A stretch of DNA of 64,000 nucleotides from an uncultured Chloroflexia bacterium (GTDB lineage Bacteria > Chloroflexota > Chloroflexia > Thermomicrobiales > UBA6265), in assembly GCA_963724295.1 (NCBI GenBank), contig CAVRUC010000013.1, positions 384,001 to 448,000 of the forward strand. Reading direction: 5' to 3'. Below are positions 60,959 to 64,000 of the stretch, one piece after another (the first letter of the stretch is position 1; each line of letters begins with the position of its first letter). The notes below the pieces were generated by a model. That model was not told where the DNA came from. It made no database searches and was given only the letters and a program-made list of their open reading frames with translations. A program made the translations under genes and the position numbers.

Positions 60959-61377
60959 CAGTGGGACCCGGTCGGGCGCACGACAGCCCGAGGGTACGGA
61001 TCAGCGTGGATCGATGAAGGGAGAGGCTGAGGACGAGCAGCTGCGCGCTCGGGAAGGGGCATCATCACCTCCGACTGCCCATGAGCCCGGGTGGCCATGA
61101 ACTCGCACGATGGTGGCGATGCCGCAAAGCGACTTCGATGCACGCACCTATCGTTCGATTACGCCCGAGGAAAATATCCTGAACGCGTGCAAGAGGATCA
61201 TACCATGAACGTTGGGTGATGGGTGATTGCTCCCTGCGGTCGCGGTGGTTGTTCGCTGCGCTCACGGTGGTAGGTTGAGGACTCGCTACGCTCGTGGTGG
61301 CAGGGTGTGCAGGGTGATGGAGACGTCGTTCTCCCTGCCACCCTGCCACCCCTGACCACCCCATCACCCGACACCCA

Positions 61378-62478
61378 TCACCCATCACCCCTCATCCTGA
61401 GGAACGCCAACGTCCAGCGCTCGTCGGCGTCCAGACCAGATTCAGCCACGTCGTCGCAATCGAAGTGGCAAAGCTCGCCGCTTTCATAGCCGAGGAGGAT
61501 GGCGGGGTGGATGTACGCGGCACGGCAGACGGCGCGCGTGTTGCGGAGGCTGGTGGCCACGGCGTCGACCGCGGCGACGATGTTCGCCTTCATCGCGGAC
61601 TGGCTCTCGAAAGGACCGCTCTCGCGCAACGACCGTGCCGCCAGGACCGTGCCCCCCCAGGTGCGGAAGTCTTTGGCGGTGAACGCCTCTCCGGCAATCT
61701 CCCGCAAGTAGTCGTTGACGTCCTCGGAGCCGATGGCGTGGGGCTCGCCGTCCGCGTCGAGGTACTGGAAGAGATGCTCACCGGGAAGGTCCTGCATCCG
61801 CGAGATGACGCGCGCCACGCGGCGGTCGCGGACGTCGATCTCATGCGTTTTGCCGCTCTTGCCGCGAAAGGTGAAATGCACAGTCGATCCCGAGACGTCG
61901 ACGTGATCGTTGCGAAGAGTCGTCAGCCCGTATGAGTCGTTCTCGCGGGCGTACTCCTCGTTGCCGACCCGGATCAGCGCCTTGTCGAGGAGACGCACCG
62001 CGATGGCGAGGGTCTTTTCGCGAGGAAGCCCCGGCAATCCGAGATCGGCCGCGACGCGCTCTCGAATGCGGGGTAGAGCCTCGCCGAAGGCGATCATGCG
62101 CGAGAACTTGGTCTCATCCCGGGTAGCGCGCCACGAGTCGTGATAGCGGTACTGCTTGCGGCCGCGGGCGTCGCGTCCGGTTGCCTGGATGTGCCCGCGC
62201 GGGTTCGGGTTGATCCAGACGTCGGTCCAGGCGGGCGGAATCACGAGGGCGCGGATGCGCTGGAGCTCCTTGGCGTCGCGAATGACGACGCCGTCCGGGT
62301 CGATGTAGCTCCAGCCCTTGCCGGCCCGGCGGCGGGTGATGCCGGGGCCGGCGGCGGGGGTGTAACGCAGCCCCGCCGCCCGCGCCGCGGCGACCGGATC
62401 GTCAAGGGTCTGGATTACGGGCGCGGGGAGGAGGGTCAGACCGGGTACCTCGATCTCGCGTTCAAGGACGCGGACCAC
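61378..62478 (-). CDS. Bacterial DNA topoisomerase IB
   Basis: IPPAW, GRDARGRKQYRYH, RVGN..Y, FRGKSG, KDFRTW, NT..VCR..YIHP. Start uncertain. Confidence 0.92.
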   Translation of the reverse strand: MVRVLEREIEVPGLTLLPAPVIQTLDDPVAAARAAGLRYTPAAGPGITRRRAGKGWSYIDPDGVVIRDAKELQRIRALVIPPAWTDVWINPNPRGHIQATGRDARGRKQYRYHDSWRATRDETKFSRMIAFGEALPRIRERVAADLGLPGLPREKTLAIAVRLLDKALIRVGNEEYARENDSYGLTTLRNDHVDVSGSTVHFTFRGKSGKTHEIDVRDRRVARVISRMQDLPGEHLFQYLDADGEPHAIGSEDVNDYLREIAGEAFTAKDFRTWGGTVLAARSLRESGPFESQSAMKANIVAAVDAVATSLRNTRAVCRAAYIHPAILLGYESGELCHFDCDDVAESGLDADERWTLAFLRMRGDG

Positions 62479-63152
62479 TGGCGCGCGATACCCGTGTCCG
62501 TTGCCATGGCCTACGCGGACTGCCGGGAGCTCGAGCTCGACGTGACACTCTCGTCGTTCAACGACGAGAGCATATGCGACGTGACGACCGCCTCCGCAAG
62601 CTGGTCGATCGGTTGCCGAGCCGGCTCGTGATCTGGTCCAGTCAGCTGCAGGAGGTTCGCGTGGTCGTGAGCGACCCACGTCGCGGGCATCCGCACGGGG
62701 AGCGGCCAGGCTGGCGCACTGGTCAGCAGTACGTCTTCCGCCTCGATTTCCTCGGCGCCGACAGGCAGCACGCTCTCCTGCGCTGGCAGCTCGTCGGAGA
62801 CAGCCGCCACCAGCTCGTCGGCGCGGCGTCCGCGGCGACGAGCTCCGGCACGGTTATCGAACCAGGGCCCGCGTGACCGCCAGGGCCGTGACCTCATGTA
62901 TCTCATCTGCTCCGTCCCGAACCGGGGCATGCGGGGCTTGGCGCCGTTCCGTGCAAGAATCATGCCAGCCAGGCACAGCACCGTGATCATCCCCTTCCGG
63001 GAGGACGCTTCAGGGCTAGCGAGGTGCTGGATGCCGCGGTCCGTCATATCCCTCGGCGCCACGACCGCGGTCAGCGCGATAGGATTGCCGCTTCTGGACG
63101 TGGGCATCCAGCATTCGGATCGTGCTCGCGCATCGTCGAGAGGAGAAAGATC

Positions 63153-63794
63153 GTGTCTTGTGAAGACCACTGTTCCATTCCCGCGCTGAGCGGGGCTCAA
63201 TCGCGTCGCGCCGCCCTCCATACCGGGGGCGCGCTCTTGGCCGCGATAGGCGCGCTGGCGGTGCATCTGCAGCCGAGCGCTGCCGCCCAGGCCACCCCGG
63301 TTTCCGCAGCGCGGGCAGGCGGTCCGCTCCTGGTACAGAGTTTCAGCCACGGCAGTCTCTTCCCGACTCAGGGCGACGCGGGTGGCGCGCCGTACACCCT
63401 CTACCTGTGGGATGCCGCCGATCGGGGATTCTTCTTCGCCGACTGTACGGGAGGCGTTGCCGGAGTCGTTCCCAGCGAACAGGTGCTGGCGGGCATCGGC
63501 GCCGGCGCCCCGGTCCGAGCGGTGCTGGTGGGGACGTCCGCGGAGGAGAGCGATGCCGCCATGCCGGCTCGAGGCGTCTGGGCACTGAGTCTCGTCTACG
63601 GAGGCCTCGGCTCCGACCCTGGTGCCGTCACCTACCAGGGTGAACCGCTGGCCAGCGAAGACGCCACGTCCTGGCTCGGGACCGCGCCAGCCGCCATGCC
63701 CGAGGGTCCACAGGAGCTTGGTCAAGGGTTCCTCATCATCAGCGGGGTGTCCGGTTTCGAAGACAGCGGCGGCGTGCGGCTGAATCTGGAATAG
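63153..63794 (+). CDS. Exported hypothetical protein
   Basis: GTG after GAGGAG; SRRAAL..AAAQATP signal. Confidence 0.6.
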   Translation: MSCEDHCSIPALSGAQSRRAALHTGGALLAAIGALAVHLQPSAAAQATPVSAARAGGPLLVQSFSHGSLFPTQGDAGGAPYTLYLWDAADRGFFFADCTGGVAGVVPSEQVLAGIGAGAPVRAVLVGTSAEESDAAMPARGVWALSLVYGGLGSDPGAVTYQGEPLASEDATSWLGTAPAAMPEGPQELGQGFLIISGVSGFEDSGGVRLNLE

Positions 63795-64000
63795 CCTGCC
63801 AACCGGGACAACGGCTTCTTATCCCTGTGACCGGGTGAGCTCGACGTGTGTCGTGGTATTCCCACGCAGCCGGTGGCCGAGCGGAACGAGCAGGCCATGC
63901 AGAAACGAGGCGTCCGCCTCGCTTACCTATCTATTAAGGAGACGATCGGTCCGGGCCATACGTGACATTTGGCGGTGAGGACGCGGCCCTCGTGCAACCG

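Noticed and set aside
62574..62876. 100-aa + strand ORF upstream of topoisomerase IB
   Set aside because: Possibly real (ATG with weak RBS), but it has no motif support, so it is not listed as a feature.

Overview
GC-rich bacterial window. It resembles Thermomicrobiales (Chloroflexota), inferred from the many exported proteins with 'M-x-x-x-RFD...RR' leaders and 'AQ-x-ATP' signal ends. It holds about 60 mostly metabolic, transport and regulatory genes and no rRNA, tRNA, CRISPR array or intact transposase. Two signals stand out. (1) A hidden selenoprotein candidate at 45569-46318: an iodothyronine-deiodinase-like thioredoxin-fold gene with an in-frame TGA at the catalytic position (FGSLT-U-PFC), a SECIS-like hairpin just after it, and translational coupling to a flavin disulfide reductase. 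(2) An unannotated ~350-nt structured RNA candidate at ~18170-18520, with a sigma70-like promoter, seven GCAA-tetraloop hairpins and a terminal hairpin. It lies upstream of a small MerR-type HTH gene and a wHTH/DnaD-like/DnaA_N replication-protein-like gene. Also present: an amidohydrolase+Rieske putative oxygenase cluster, an ECF41-type sigma/CMD pair with two consensus promoters, a family of modular Cys-rich exported proteins, one intact and one decayed toxin-antitoxin module, and many short tandem and REP-like repeats. Six genes carry single frameshifts, which may be sequencing indels.
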